Assembly: GCA_963668675.2 (NCBI GenBank)
Contig: CAXXMB010000002.1
Coordinates: 1,088,001 to 1,152,000, forward strand
DNA: 64,000 bases
Origin: an uncultured Desulfatitalea sp.
GTDB lineage: Bacteria; Desulfobacterota; Desulfobacteria; Desulfobacterales; Desulfosarcinaceae
Direction of reading: 5' to 3'
This document shows positions 1 to 11,034 of this stretch, in pieces. The position numbers and the translations under genes are program-made. The notes under the pieces are model-generated. The model saw only the letters and a program-made list of their open reading frames with translations, did no database searches and was not told where the DNA came from. Position 1 is the first letter of the stretch. Each line of letters opens with the position of its first letter.

Positions 1-756
1 TACATGATTTTCGACAACTGTTTCATCCCCTGGGAGCGCGTCTTCCTGGCCGGCGAGAATCAACACGGCGGCGTCCTGGCCCTGCTGTTCGCCCTGTTCC
101 ATCGCCACTCCTACTCGGGCTGCAAGCCGGCCATCGGCGACGTCATCCTGGGCACCGCTGCCCTGGCCGCCGAGGTGAACAACGTGCACAAAGCGCCCCA
201 TGTGCGCGAAAAACTGGCCGAAATCATCATGACCACCGAATTGGGCTACGCGGCCGGTTATACGGCATCCGACCTGGGCAAACCCGAAGTGTACGTCCCG
301 GGCGTGGGCTTCATGCCTTACGGCCCCGGCTCCTACATCCCCCACTCGATCTACTGCAACGTGGGGCGCTGCCTGTCGGGCGAGGCGGTCTACCACGAAG
401 CCGAAATGCTGTGTGATATTTCCGGCGGCGTCACGGCGACCTTCCCGCACGAAAAAGATTTCGCCAACCCCGAAATCGGAGACACGCTGCTCAAGTACAC
501 CCAGCGCAATCCCAATATGCCGGTCGAAGATCAAGCCCAATTCTGGCGCTACCTGGGCGACATTCTCTGCTCGGCCAGCGGCGGCATCATGAATGTGGGC
601 AACTACCACGGCGGCGGATCCCCGGTCATGGAGCAGATTGCCATCACCACCCAGTACGACATCGAATCCCGTAAAAAGCTGGTCAAGTACATTGCCGGGA
701 TGAGCGACGGAGACCGCGAAGCAATGGCCCCGAAGGTCAAAAAACAAGAGAACTAA
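1..756 (+). CDS. 4-hydroxybutyryl-CoA dehydratase / HpaB family protein (5'-truncated by window edge)
   Basis: IFDNCFIPWERVFL, FHRHSYSGC (like the His/Cys Fe-S ligand motif of AbfD), C-terminal HGGGSP; frame open to position 1. Confidence 0.8.
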   Translation, partial: YMIFDNCFIPWERVFLAGENQHGGVLALLFALFHRHSYSGCKPAIGDVILGTAALAAEVNNVHKAPHVREKLAEIIMTTELGYAAGYTASDLGKPEVYVPGVGFMPYGPGSYIPHSIYCNVGRCLSGEAVYHEAEMLCDISGGVTATFPHEKDFANPEIGDTLLKYTQRNPNMPVEDQAQFWRYLGDILCSASGGIMNVGNYHGGGSPVMEQIAITTQYDIESRKKLVKYIAGMSDGDREAMAPKVKKQEN

Positions 757-792
757 AGCCTGTAGCACGATTCGTTTGCTAAGCTGAAACCC

Positions 793-832
793 ATGTACCC
801 CTGCCGGTTCCCGGTCAGGGGTACATCCTTTG
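793..832 (+). terminator. strong hairpin (terminator or mRNA-stability element)
   Basis: ATGTACCCCTG-CCGG-ttc-CCGG-t-CAGGGGTACAT followed by only a short CCTTTG tract. Confidence 0.5.
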
Positions 833-893
833 CTGCCGCAAGCCATTCGGGCAGCTTATACCGGACAACTGAAAACCACAGGAGAACAGGCAG

Positions 894-1697
894 ATGAGCC
901 AGAACAGCAACGGCCGCCTGAAAGGCAAAGTGGCCATCATCACCGGTGCTGCCAGCGGCATCGGCCGGGCGGCAGCCGTCCTCTTCGCCCGTGAGGGCGC
1001 CTCCCTGGTATTGGCGGACATGCAGGAAGATAAGTTGGAAGAGACCCTGGCAATGGTCAAAAGCGACGGCGGCCAAGGCGTGGCCCGCAAAACCAATGTG
1101 GCCGTGGAAGAGGAGGTCAAGGGGTTGGTCGACCTCGCCGTCGAGACCTTCGGCCGCATCGATATTGTCTGCAACAATGCAGGCATCACCGGTCAGTACA
1201 CCGGCCCCGAAGAGTGGGATGGCGAAGATTGGCAAAGTGTCTATGCCGTCAACGTGCTCGGTGGGGTGTACATGATCAAACACGCCACCAAACATCTGAT
1301 CGAAAGCAAAAACGGCGCGATTGTGAACACGGCCTCAGTGGCCGGCATCCGCTCGGGTGCCGGTGGCAACGCTTACAGCGCCAGCAAAGCGGCCCTGATC
1401 AATTTCACCAAGACAGCAGCCTGCGACCTGGGAGGATTCAACGTACGCGTCAACGCGGTCTGTCCGGGACTGATCGAAACCGGCATGACCAAACCGGTCT
1501 TCGACTATGCCCGGGACAAAGGCAAGGAGAGCAAGCTGGGCAGCCGCTGCGAACTGCGCCGCTACGGCCGCCCCGAAGAGGTGGCCCAGGCGATCCTCTT
1601 TCTGGCCAGCGACGAGGCCAGCTATATCACCGGCCAGGCCATTCCGGTGGATGGCGGCAACACCGCTTCACTGAATCTGCCGGGGATGAAGGTTTAA
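894..1697 (+). CDS. SDR family NAD(P)-dependent oxidoreductase
   Basis: TGAASGIG, NNAG and YSASK catalytic motifs; AGGAGA RBS. Confidence 0.95.
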   Translation: MSQNSNGRLKGKVAIITGAASGIGRAAAVLFAREGASLVLADMQEDKLEETLAMVKSDGGQGVARKTNVAVEEEVKGLVDLAVETFGRIDIVCNNAGITGQYTGPEEWDGEDWQSVYAVNVLGGVYMIKHATKHLIESKNGAIVNTASVAGIRSGAGGNAYSASKAALINFTKTAACDLGGFNVRVNAVCPGLIETGMTKPVFDYARDKGKESKLGSRCELRRYGRPEEVAQAILFLASDEASYITGQAIPVDGGNTASLNLPGMKV

Positions 1698-1714
1698 AAA
1701 AGGGGGGGCACATC

Positions 1715-2806
1715 ATGACGACAGCCATTTACCAGCGTTTGCGCGAACAACTGGACCAATACTCGGTCGGCTTTCCGGCAACGAAATCCGGCATTGAGTT
1801 CAAAATTTTACAGCGGCTCTTCACCGAAGATGAAGCCGCCATGTACCTGGATATGACCATGATGCTCGAGGCGCCCGATGCCGTGGCGACCCGCACGGGA
1901 AGGGATGCCGGCGAAGTCTCGGCGCTGCTCGAACAGATGGCCGCCAAAGGGCTGATATTTAGGAAGCGCAAAGGGGACGCGGTCCGCTATGCGGCCGTTG
2001 CATTTGTCATCGGCTCCTATGAGTTTCAGTTGAAGAACATGGATCGCGAACTGGCTGAAATGATGGAAGCCTACCTGGAAGAGGGGTTGCTCGACTTCAC
2101 TCCTGGTAAAAATATTTTGCCGTTGAGAACCATTCCCGTACAGCAATCCATTGAGGTCTCCCATCCCGTGGCGCCCTATTCCCAGGCAAGGGAGATTATC
2201 AAGACCAAAGAGACCATCGCCCTCACCGACTGCATCTGCCGTGTCCAGCAGGAGCTGATCGGCAAGGGATGCGGAAAGCCCAAGGAGGTGTGTCTCTCCT
2301 TCGGCTCCCATGCGGACTACTACGTGGAGAACAAATTGGGCCGCTACATCAACCAGGAGGAGGCCCTGGCCGTACTGGATGCATGCGAGGCGGCCGGTCT
2401 GGTCAACCAACCGGCCAACATGATCAATCCGGGGGGCATGTGCAACTGTTGTGGCGACTGCTGCGGTGTGCTGCGATCGCTCAACAAGCTGCCCAAACCG
2501 GCCGAGGCGGTGTTCAACGACTACTGGGCAAAGGTGGACGCCGAGCTGTGCACCGCCTGTGAGACATGCATGGATCGCTGCCAGATGGCGGCAATCGATA
2601 TCGAGGAGGATAGCGCCGTGGTCAACGAGGAGCGCTGCATCGGATGCGGTCTTTGCGTGACGACCTGCCCGACCGAAGCGATTCATCTGGAGCTCAAACC
2701 CGAAGAGAAGCACGCCAAACCGCCGGCCAGCGGAAGAAAGTTGATGACAAGGACAGCCAAACTCAGGGGGACATCGCTCATACCGTTGTCCATGCTCGAA
2801 AAGTAA
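1715..2806 (+). CDS. 4Fe-4S ferredoxin-domain iron-sulfur protein
   Basis: Start reassigned to ATG 1715 (MTTAIYQRLRE) after a G-rich RBS; CICR, CNCCGDCC and two CxxCxxCxxxC motifs. Confidence 0.9.
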   Translation: MTTAIYQRLREQLDQYSVGFPATKSGIEFKILQRLFTEDEAAMYLDMTMMLEAPDAVATRTGRDAGEVSALLEQMAAKGLIFRKRKGDAVRYAAVAFVIGSYEFQLKNMDRELAEMMEAYLEEGLLDFTPGKNILPLRTIPVQQSIEVSHPVAPYSQAREIIKTKETIALTDCICRVQQELIGKGCGKPKEVCLSFGSHADYYVENKLGRYINQEEALAVLDACEAAGLVNQPANMINPGGMCNCCGDCCGVLRSLNKLPKPAEAVFNDYWAKVDAELCTACETCMDRCQMAAIDIEEDSAVVNEERCIGCGLCVTTCPTEAIHLELKPEEKHAKPPASGRKLMTRTAKLRGTSLIPLSMLEK

Positions 2807-3105
2807 GTGATAGGGAGACTGTCGTGACGGTGCACCTTTACAGGGACCGCCCTTGAGGATGGCGCTCGAAAGTTGCATTTCTGCACCAAATAGCGTATCT
2901 CACAGGGTGCGAAAAAATGATCGGCCGCATCCCAACCTGGCCATTCGGTTCACGGCCAGGCCAAACAAGAATTCCAAATAACGTACCTTTAATATAGCGA
3001 ACCATGGTGGACTTTTGCGATCTTTGAACAAACAAAGAAGGCCCGTATCGGACTGAGCAGGAGTCACTGATACTACCCTACGGCATTAAAGGAGACACAA
3101 GAGAA

Positions 3106-4773
3106 ATGGAATCGAAATTGTGGCACAAAAACTATGATTTTAGCACCCCCACGTCAATTCGTTACCCGCGGATCCCTGTCAACGAGTTGGTCAATCTGGC
3201 ATCCAACGCGTTACCGAACAAGGCTGCCTTCAACATATACGGGTCAGAGATGACCTTCTGGGAAGTCCGCCTGGAAGTGATGCGCATGGCCAACGCCCTG
3301 GCCAAGCTTGGCATCAAAAAAGGTGATCGTGTCGCCGTTCATCTGCCCAATTGCCCCCAATATGCCGTAGCCTACTATGCCATCATGTCTCTTGGCGCCA
3401 TCGTGGTCAATCTCAACCCCATGTATACCGCCGAAGAGCTCATTGCTATCAACAACAACACCGGCACCACTGCAATTTTTACCTTCGACATGGTGCTGCC
3501 CAACATCAAGGCGCTGGCTGAAGGTACCGATATCAAAGAGTTCATCGTTACGCGGGTCACCGACTACATTGAAGGCTTTGGTGTCAGTACCGCCAAGGAT
3601 CTGGAGCTGCCCGAAGGATGGCATCACTTCTCCGAACTCCTGGCAAGCTCCACGGATACAAGACCCCAGCGGATCGACATCGACCCTGACCTGCCGGCCT
3701 TAATTCAGTTTACCGGCGGAACCACTGGAATTCCCAAAGGGGCCATACTAACCCATGGCAACATCATCGCCGCCACCGTTCAGGTCAACTCGTGGGGCGA
3801 CTTTCTTAACGACAAGACACCGCCGCAAGAGCGCAGCGTACTGGCCATGCTCCCCTTTTTCCATGTCTACGGCGATATCGTCGTCTTGAACTGGGGCATG
3901 TTCAACTGCGCCACCCAGATTCTGGTGCCGCGCTTCGATATCGAAGAGATCGTTAATCTTCTGGCCGGCATCGATCGCATCCAGTTCTACCCGGCTGTCC
4001 CCACCATGATCGGCGCCATCCTAAATCACCCCAAGGCTGAAGAGCTCGAGCTGGGCAAAAAGTTCGGGCTGGTCAATAGCGGCGGTGCCCCCTGTCCATT
4101 GAGTCTGATCGAGCGGGCCAGGGATCTGGGCATCAACATCAGCGAAGGGTGGGGCATGAGCGAGACCACCTCAGTTGGCGTGGCCAATCCCAACATGGGC
4201 CTCAAGAAGAAAGGCAGCATCGGGGTTCCCATCTCGGACACCGACATCAAACTAGTTGACCCCGAAGACGGCGTCACCGAGGTCAAACAGGGCGAACCCG
4301 GAGAGCTGATCATCAAAGGCCCCCAGGTGATGCAGGGTTACTGGAACAATCCCGAAGAGACGGCCAACCAACTCAAAGACGGCTGGCTCTACAGCGGTGA
4401 CGTGGCGGTACAGGACGAAGACGGATATCTGTTCATCGTCGACCGTACCAAGGACATGATCATCGCCAGCGGCTACAACATCTACCCGCGTGAGATTGAC
4501 GAGGTGCTCTATCGCCATCCCAAAGTAGCCGAAGCTGTGGCTGTTGGTGTGACGGACGACTACCGCGGTGAGACGATCAAGGTGTTTGTCTCCCTCAAAC
4601 CGGGCCAGACTGCAACGGAAGAGGAGATCATCGAGTTCTGCAAGGACAAGCTGGCACCCTACAAACGGCCCAAGCTGGTGGAATTCAGGGATGAAATTCC
4701 CAAATCAGCCGTCGGCAAGGTGTTGCGCAAGGTACTGCGTGCCGAAGAGGAAGAGAAAAGGAAGAAGAGCTAA
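3106..4773 (+). CDS. long-chain fatty acid--CoA ligase (FadD-like)
   Basis: FTGGTTGIPKG, GWGMSET and DGWLYSGD motifs; C-terminal PKSAVGKVLR; AAGGAG RBS. Confidence 0.95.
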   Translation: MESKLWHKNYDFSTPTSIRYPRIPVNELVNLASNALPNKAAFNIYGSEMTFWEVRLEVMRMANALAKLGIKKGDRVAVHLPNCPQYAVAYYAIMSLGAIVVNLNPMYTAEELIAINNNTGTTAIFTFDMVLPNIKALAEGTDIKEFIVTRVTDYIEGFGVSTAKDLELPEGWHHFSELLASSTDTRPQRIDIDPDLPALIQFTGGTTGIPKGAILTHGNIIAATVQVNSWGDFLNDKTPPQERSVLAMLPFFHVYGDIVVLNWGMFNCATQILVPRFDIEEIVNLLAGIDRIQFYPAVPTMIGAILNHPKAEELELGKKFGLVNSGGAPCPLSLIERARDLGINISEGWGMSETTSVGVANPNMGLKKKGSIGVPISDTDIKLVDPEDGVTEVKQGEPGELIIKGPQVMQGYWNNPEETANQLKDGWLYSGDVAVQDEDGYLFIVDRTKDMIIASGYNIYPREIDEVLYRHPKVAEAVAVGVTDDYRGETIKVFVSLKPGQTATEEEIIEFCKDKLAPYKRPKLVEFRDEIPKSAVGKVLRKVLRAEEEEKRKKS

Positions 4774-4864
4774 TAAATTGGTGATAGGTAAGATGTTAAC
4801 CTTGGCAGTCCCATTTAGACATAGTTGGAACGAGTTCTAACGACATCATTTAAAGGAGAAAAAC

Positions 4865-6073
<1,209 letters not shown>

Positions 6074-6111
6074 GCGAGCAGTATCGCTATATTGATGCAT
6101 TGAGGTATTCG

Positions 6112-6146
6112 GGCCCTCTCCTTTATTGGGGAGGGCCTTTGTTTTT
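6112..6146 (+). terminator. rho-independent terminator
   Basis: GGCCCTCTCC-tttatt-GGGGAGGGCC stem followed by TTTGTTTTT, downstream of the thiolase. Confidence 0.8.
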
Positions 6147-6259
6147 GGTAGATAGCACCGTTAGGGATCAAACGGCCATTTGACTTCATTCCCATTTTTC
6201 ATCTATCCTGCCGCAAGGTCAATCACGCTGCGTCAACTATCACTGCTGAAACGAAACGC

Positions 6260-8764
6260 ATGCCACCACCATTGAACAGCCAAACCGGCGTCATTACCGA
6301 AACCCTGCGCGGGATTGTGGATCGGGTCACCTTCCACAATCCGGATAACGGGTGGTCTGTGTTGCGGGTCACGCCCTTCGACAACCCCAACCAGCAGGAG
6401 ACGGTCATCGTTCACCAGACCAAAGTCTTCGCCGGGGCCACCATGACATTTCACGGCGCCTGGACCATGCATCCCAGGCACGGCCGGCAGTTCCAGGCCA
6501 GCAAAGCAATCGAGCGCAAGCCGGCCACCACCGCAGCGCTTGAAAAGTACCTCGGTTCCGGGCTGATCCGGGGCGTCGGCCCCAAGACGGCCCGCAAAAT
6601 CGTCAAACACTTTAAAGAGAACACCCTCCTCGTTTTCGAAGGCGATATTGCGCGGCTCACCGAAGTACCGGGCATCGCCCAGAAGAAGTTGGAGATGATC
6701 AGCGCGGCCTGGGCCGAACACCGCGCCATTCGCGAAGTGATGATGTTCCTACAGTCCCACGGCATCAGCACACTCTTCGCCGTACGGATATACAAGGCCT
6801 ATGGAGACGAAGCGGTTGCCATGGTGAGTGAAGACCCCTACCGTCTGGCGACGGACTTCTACGGCATCGGCTTCTTCTCGGCCGACAAGGTAGCGCTGAG
6901 CATCGGCCTGGCCGTCGACAGCCCCCAGCGCATCGAGGCCGGCATCAAACATGTGCTGGCCGCCAGCCGGCAGTTCGGCCACTGCTACCTGACGCAATCC
7001 CAGATCAACCAACAGGTCGATGAATTGCTGGGATTGGCGCTGGCCGACCGGCTTCCGGCACTGCTCGACCAGATGGTGGCCGAGGGACTCGTCATGGCGC
7101 GCCGCCTGCTGACCGCCGAAGAGAGGGTCGAGCTGTGCTACTATGCCCGCTCTCTCTACTATGACGAGCTCTATACCGCCCGCAAAATCAGCGACATGCA
7201 GGGCACGGTTCCGGTGGATACCAAACGGGTCCTGAGCTGGATCGCCCGCTACTGCCAAGCGTCCGGGATGCATTTGAGCGATGACCAGGCCGCCGCCATC
7301 AACGGCATCGTGACCCAACGTTTCTCGGTCCTGACCGGTGGCCCGGGAGTGGGCAAGACCACTGCCACCCGCGTGCTGGTCAAGCTGATCGAGGCGATGC
7401 AGCGAAAGGTGCTGCTGGCCGCGCCTACTGGCCGGGCAGCCCAGCGTATGACCGACGTCATCGGATTGGAGGCCAAGACCATTCATCGCCTGCTGGAGTG
7501 GCAGGTCGACCGGTTCAAGAGAGACGAAGAGACGCCTCTCGAGGCCGACTTTCTCGTCGTGGACGAGTGCTCCATGCTGGATATCAGCCTCACGGCCTCG
7601 CTGCTCAAGGCGGTTCCGATGCACTGCCAGCTCCTGTTCATCGGCGATGTGGATCAGCTGCCTTCTGTGGGGGCCGGCAACGTGCTCAAGGATGTGATCG
7701 CTTCGGGCCGGGTGCCGTGCTTCCGGTTGAGCCAGATCTTCCGACAAGCCGAGCAGTCGATGATTGTCCGCTACGCCCATCAGGTCAACCTGGGCGATCT
7801 GCCCCATATCGACTCCCCCTTCAGGAGGCCGGATATCTGGCAGATGAACGAGGACTGTCTCTTTGTGGACTCGGATGAGGCCACCCGGGAGCAACTCGGC
7901 TTCATCGCCAAAGTCCGCCGCTTTTACGACCTGAAAACAGCAGCAAAGGCGGCAGAAGAGGAGGCCGGCGGCGATCTGTTTGAATTCCGCGTCGGCGAAC
8001 CGGTCGTTCCCTACGAAACCGAGCTGAACATTCCCGAAAAGTTCCGGCACGTCGACCCGGAGCAGATCTGCCGGGCCGGCAACCGGGTGGAAGAGCTGCT
8101 GGCAGTCGTCAAAAAAGTACACCCGTGGTCCTCCCTGCACTACGGGCTCTCCGCCCCAGAGGTGGTCCAAAAACTCTACCTGGAGTGGATTCCCAAATAC
8201 TTCGGGAGCGATCGCGAGATCCAGATCCTGTCTCCCATGACCCGGGGCAGTTTAGGCACCCTCTCCCTGAACGCCATGATCCAGGCTTCGGCCAACCCGG
8301 AGAGAGAAGGCAAACGACAGCTCAAGGTGGGCGAACGCATCTTTCGCGAAGGCGACCGGGTGATCCATCGTCGCAACAATTACGATCTGGGCGTCTTCAA
8401 CGGAGACATCGGCACCATCCGCCAAATCGACAACGACGCCCTCACCTGCACTGTCTTCTTCCCCCAGGACGAACGCCAGGTGTTCTACGAGCGCGACGAC
8501 ATCGTCGAATTGGACCTGGCCTACGCTATTACCATCCATAAATCCCAAGGCAGCGAGTTCGAAACGGTCATCATCCCGGTGCTCACCCAGCACTTCAAAA
8601 TGCTGTTCAGAAATCTTCTCTACACCGGCCTCACCCGGGCCCGCAAACTGGCCGTCCTGGTCGGCACCCGCAAGGCGCTCGCCATGGCCGTGAAGAACCA
8701 GGACACCAGCCAGCGCCAGACGGCGTTAAGGCAGCTGCTGATCGAGAGCGAAGAAGTAAAGTAA
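6260..8764 (+). CDS. recD2: RecD2-type (RecD/TraA) ATP-dependent DNA helicase
   Basis: N-terminal GVGPKTA HhH region, Walker A GGPGVGKT, VVDECSM, GDVDQLPSVG, AYAITIHKSQGSEF, YTGLTRAR. Confidence 0.93.
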   Translation: MPPPLNSQTGVITETLRGIVDRVTFHNPDNGWSVLRVTPFDNPNQQETVIVHQTKVFAGATMTFHGAWTMHPRHGRQFQASKAIERKPATTAALEKYLGSGLIRGVGPKTARKIVKHFKENTLLVFEGDIARLTEVPGIAQKKLEMISAAWAEHRAIREVMMFLQSHGISTLFAVRIYKAYGDEAVAMVSEDPYRLATDFYGIGFFSADKVALSIGLAVDSPQRIEAGIKHVLAASRQFGHCYLTQSQINQQVDELLGLALADRLPALLDQMVAEGLVMARRLLTAEERVELCYYARSLYYDELYTARKISDMQGTVPVDTKRVLSWIARYCQASGMHLSDDQAAAINGIVTQRFSVLTGGPGVGKTTATRVLVKLIEAMQRKVLLAAPTGRAAQRMTDVIGLEAKTIHRLLEWQVDRFKRDEETPLEADFLVVDECSMLDISLTASLLKAVPMHCQLLFIGDVDQLPSVGAGNVLKDVIASGRVPCFRLSQIFRQAEQSMIVRYAHQVNLGDLPHIDSPFRRPDIWQMNEDCLFVDSDEATREQLGFIAKVRRFYDLKTAAKAAEEEAGGDLFEFRVGEPVVPYETELNIPEKFRHVDPEQICRAGNRVEELLAVVKKVHPWSSLHYGLSAPEVVQKLYLEWIPKYFGSDREIQILSPMTRGSLGTLSLNAMIQASANPEREGKRQLKVGERIFREGDRVIHRRNNYDLGVFNGDIGTIRQIDNDALTCTVFFPQDERQVFYERDDIVELDLAYAITIHKSQGSEFETVIIPVLTQHFKMLFRNLLYTGLTRARKLAVLVGTRKALAMAVKNQDTSQRQTALRQLLIESEEVK

Positions 8765-8778
8765 GCAGATGAAACGAG

Positions 8779-8813
8779 CCCCCCTTTTAAAAAGGAGGGA
8801 AATGGTTTTTTTT
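8779..8813. terminator. possible terminator between convergent genes
   Basis: CCCCCCTTTT/AAAAAGGAGGG inverted repeat followed by a T run. Confidence 0.35.
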
Positions 8814-8882
8814 GCCAACGCACCCGGGCGCGTCGACATACACAACCGCTGTGTCTCCCCAGATCGCTCTGTGGCAAAAAAG

Positions 8883-10076
8883 TTACGTCCTGGCCGTCAG
8901 GTGGGCCACGGCCTTCTCCAGCCCGTCGATGGTCAGTTCGAACATGGGAAAGATCTGCTCGATGATGTTGATGGTGCGGGTGTAGGGCCAACGCGCCTTA
9001 CGCACAGGATTGAGCCAGACCGAGTGCCGAAAGGTCTTGGAGAGAAGCTGGAGGCAGTCGACGCTCGGCCGGCCGCTGCGGTTGGTAATGTAGATCGATC
9101 CGTCCTGGGCCATGAGTTCGTAAGGCGCCATGCTGGCATCGCCCACATAGATGATGCGGGTCTCGGGATCGCGGCGCATCAAGTCGTCGATCTTGACCGG
9201 CTTCTTATAGCGCGCGGGATCCTCCCACACGGTATCGTAGATGGTGTTGTGAAAGAAGCAGGTCCTGAGCTCCTTGAACTGGGCCCTGGCGTAGTTGAAA
9301 AGGGTCTGCACCAAGGGGATATAGGGGTCCATGGACCAACCGCCGTTGTCGATGGCCAGAATCACCTTGAGGCGGTCCTTGAGGCTGCTGTCGAAGATGA
9401 TCTCGATCTCGCCGGCGTTCTTCATGGTCTGGTAGATGGTCTTGTCGATATTGACCTGGTCTTTGGGGCCGGACGGCACCAGGTGGCGCAAGCGCTTTAG
9501 GGCCTCTCCCATCATGGCGGAGGTAAGCGGCCCCTCTAGCGAGTAATCCTTGTAGCGGCGCTCCATGGCCACCTTGACGGCCGACTTGTTGCGCGATACC
9601 CCGCCCACACGCATGCCGCCGGGATGGTGACCGGAGTGGCCCACCGGCGACGTGCCCCCAGTGCCGATCCATTTGTTGCCGCCGTCGTGGCGTTCGGTCT
9701 GATCCTTGAGCCGCTCCTTGAAGTATTCGATCAGCTCTTCTGGCGAGAGCTTCTTCAGCTCCTCTTCGTCGACGCCCAGGGCATCGGCCATCTCCTTGGG
9801 GTTCTGCAGCCACTGTTCGAGCAGGGAGCGGGCCAGCTCATCAAGTTCCAACCCTTCGAGATCGGGCAGGGCCACCCCTTCGAAGTGGTGGGCAAACACC
9901 TGATCATACAGATCGAAGTAGCGTTCACTTTTAACCAGGATGGATCGGGAGACGGTGTAGAAATCTTCCAGTGAACTCACCAGGCCGCTGCCGAGCGCCT
10001 TTTGCAGCGTCAGAAAGGCGGTTGGCGAAACGGGCACGCCATGGTCCTTGAGTTGATAGAAGAAGTCGATGAACAT
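8883..10076 (-). CDS. VWA-domain (CoxE-like) protein, partner of the MoxR ATPase
   Basis: WIGTGGTSPVG, MIDAS-like DNGGWSM, VGDASMAPYEL, WLNP; directly downstream of the MoxR gene. Confidence 0.88.
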   Translation of the reverse strand: MFIDFFYQLKDHGVPVSPTAFLTLQKALGSGLVSSLEDFYTVSRSILVKSERYFDLYDQVFAHHFEGVALPDLEGLELDELARSLLEQWLQNPKEMADALGVDEEELKKLSPEELIEYFKERLKDQTERHDGGNKWIGTGGTSPVGHSGHHPGGMRVGGVSRNKSAVKVAMERRYKDYSLEGPLTSAMMGEALKRLRHLVPSGPKDQVNIDKTIYQTMKNAGEIEIIFDSSLKDRLKVILAIDNGGWSMDPYIPLVQTLFNYARAQFKELRTCFFHNTIYDTVWEDPARYKKPVKIDDLMRRDPETRIIYVGDASMAPYELMAQDGSIYITNRSGRPSVDCLQLLSKTFRHSVWLNPVRKARWPYTRTINIIEQIFPMFELTIDGLEKAVAHLTART

Positions 10077-10081
10077 GTCGT

Positions 10082-10924
10082 CTAATACCTCGCCCGGCGA
10101 TGGGTGGCCCGGCTGGCCATTTCAAAATCCTGGCTCTTTTTGAAGAGCACCCCCAGGAAGGGCAGTTCGTTCTTGATCAGACGCTTGGGCTTGAAATCGG
10201 GATCGCTCTGCAGGGCCCGGATCCAGTTGATCAGCTCACGGGTGGCCGGCCGCTTCTCGACCCCGTCGATCTGGCGCAGACGGTAGAAGGCATCGATGGC
10301 ATTGTCGACCAGGTCGTCGTTCAAGGAGGGGAAATGGACATCGATGATCTTGCGCATCATCTTCGGGTCGGGAAATGCAATGTGATGAAAATTGCAGCGG
10401 CCCAGGAACGGATCGGACAGGTCTTTCTTGGCATTGGAGGTGATGATGATCACCGGCCGGTGCTTGGCCTGTATGGTCTTGTCGATCTCGATGATGTCGA
10501 ACTCCATCTGGTCGAGCACGTCGAGCATGTCGTCCTGAAAGTCCGTGTCGGCTTTGTCGATTTCGTCGATGAGCAGCACAGTGCGGTTGTCTGCTGCGAA
10601 GGCCTGTCCGATCTTGCCCATTTTGATGTAGGCTTCTATGTCGCTGACGTCGCGGTTGGAGTCTCCGAAGCGGCTGTCGTTCAGACGGGTCAAGGTATCG
10701 TACTGATAGAGCGCCTCGACCAGTTTCATGCTCGATTTAACATTTAGGATCAACAGAGGCATTCCCAGGCTCTCGGAGATGGCGTGAGCCAGCATGGTCT
10801 TTCCGGTTCCCGGCTCGCCTTTGAGCAGCAGGGGCATCTCCAGGGCCATGGAGACATTGACGATCTGCGCCAGCTCAGAATCCAGAACGTAGCGGGAGGC
10901 ACCGCTGAATTGTTGTCCGCTCAT
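10082..10924 (-). CDS. MoxR family AAA+ ATPase
   Basis: Walker A GEPGTGKT, Walker B LLIDEID, ITSN, FLGRC. Confidence 0.92.
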   Translation of the reverse strand: MSGQQFSGASRYVLDSELAQIVNVSMALEMPLLLKGEPGTGKTMLAHAISESLGMPLLILNVKSSMKLVEALYQYDTLTRLNDSRFGDSNRDVSDIEAYIKMGKIGQAFAADNRTVLLIDEIDKADTDFQDDMLDVLDQMEFDIIEIDKTIQAKHRPVIIITSNAKKDLSDPFLGRCNFHHIAFPDPKMMRKIIDVHFPSLNDDLVDNAIDAFYRLRQIDGVEKRPATRELINWIRALQSDPDFKPKRLIKNELPFLGVLFKKSQDFEMASRATHRRARY

Positions 10925-10950
10925 AAGTCGTGTTCCTTTGTTTCATAAAA

Positions 10951-10988
10951 AAGTTGGAAGTATGAAAGTTAAAAGTTGAAAGTGAAGG
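10951..10988. repeat. degenerate 7-bp tandem repeat
   Basis: AAGTTGG AAGTATG AAAGTTA AAAGTTG AAAGTGA. Confidence 0.55.
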
Positions 10989-11034
10989 AGTGCTGTCATC
11001 TCTATTTGCACTTAAAGCTCCCAGTCATCCCGGA

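Noticed and set aside
1214..1714. N-terminal extension of the Fe-S protein (530-aa ORF)
   Set aside because: Overlaps the SDR gene out of frame; RBS and domain start point to ATG 1715
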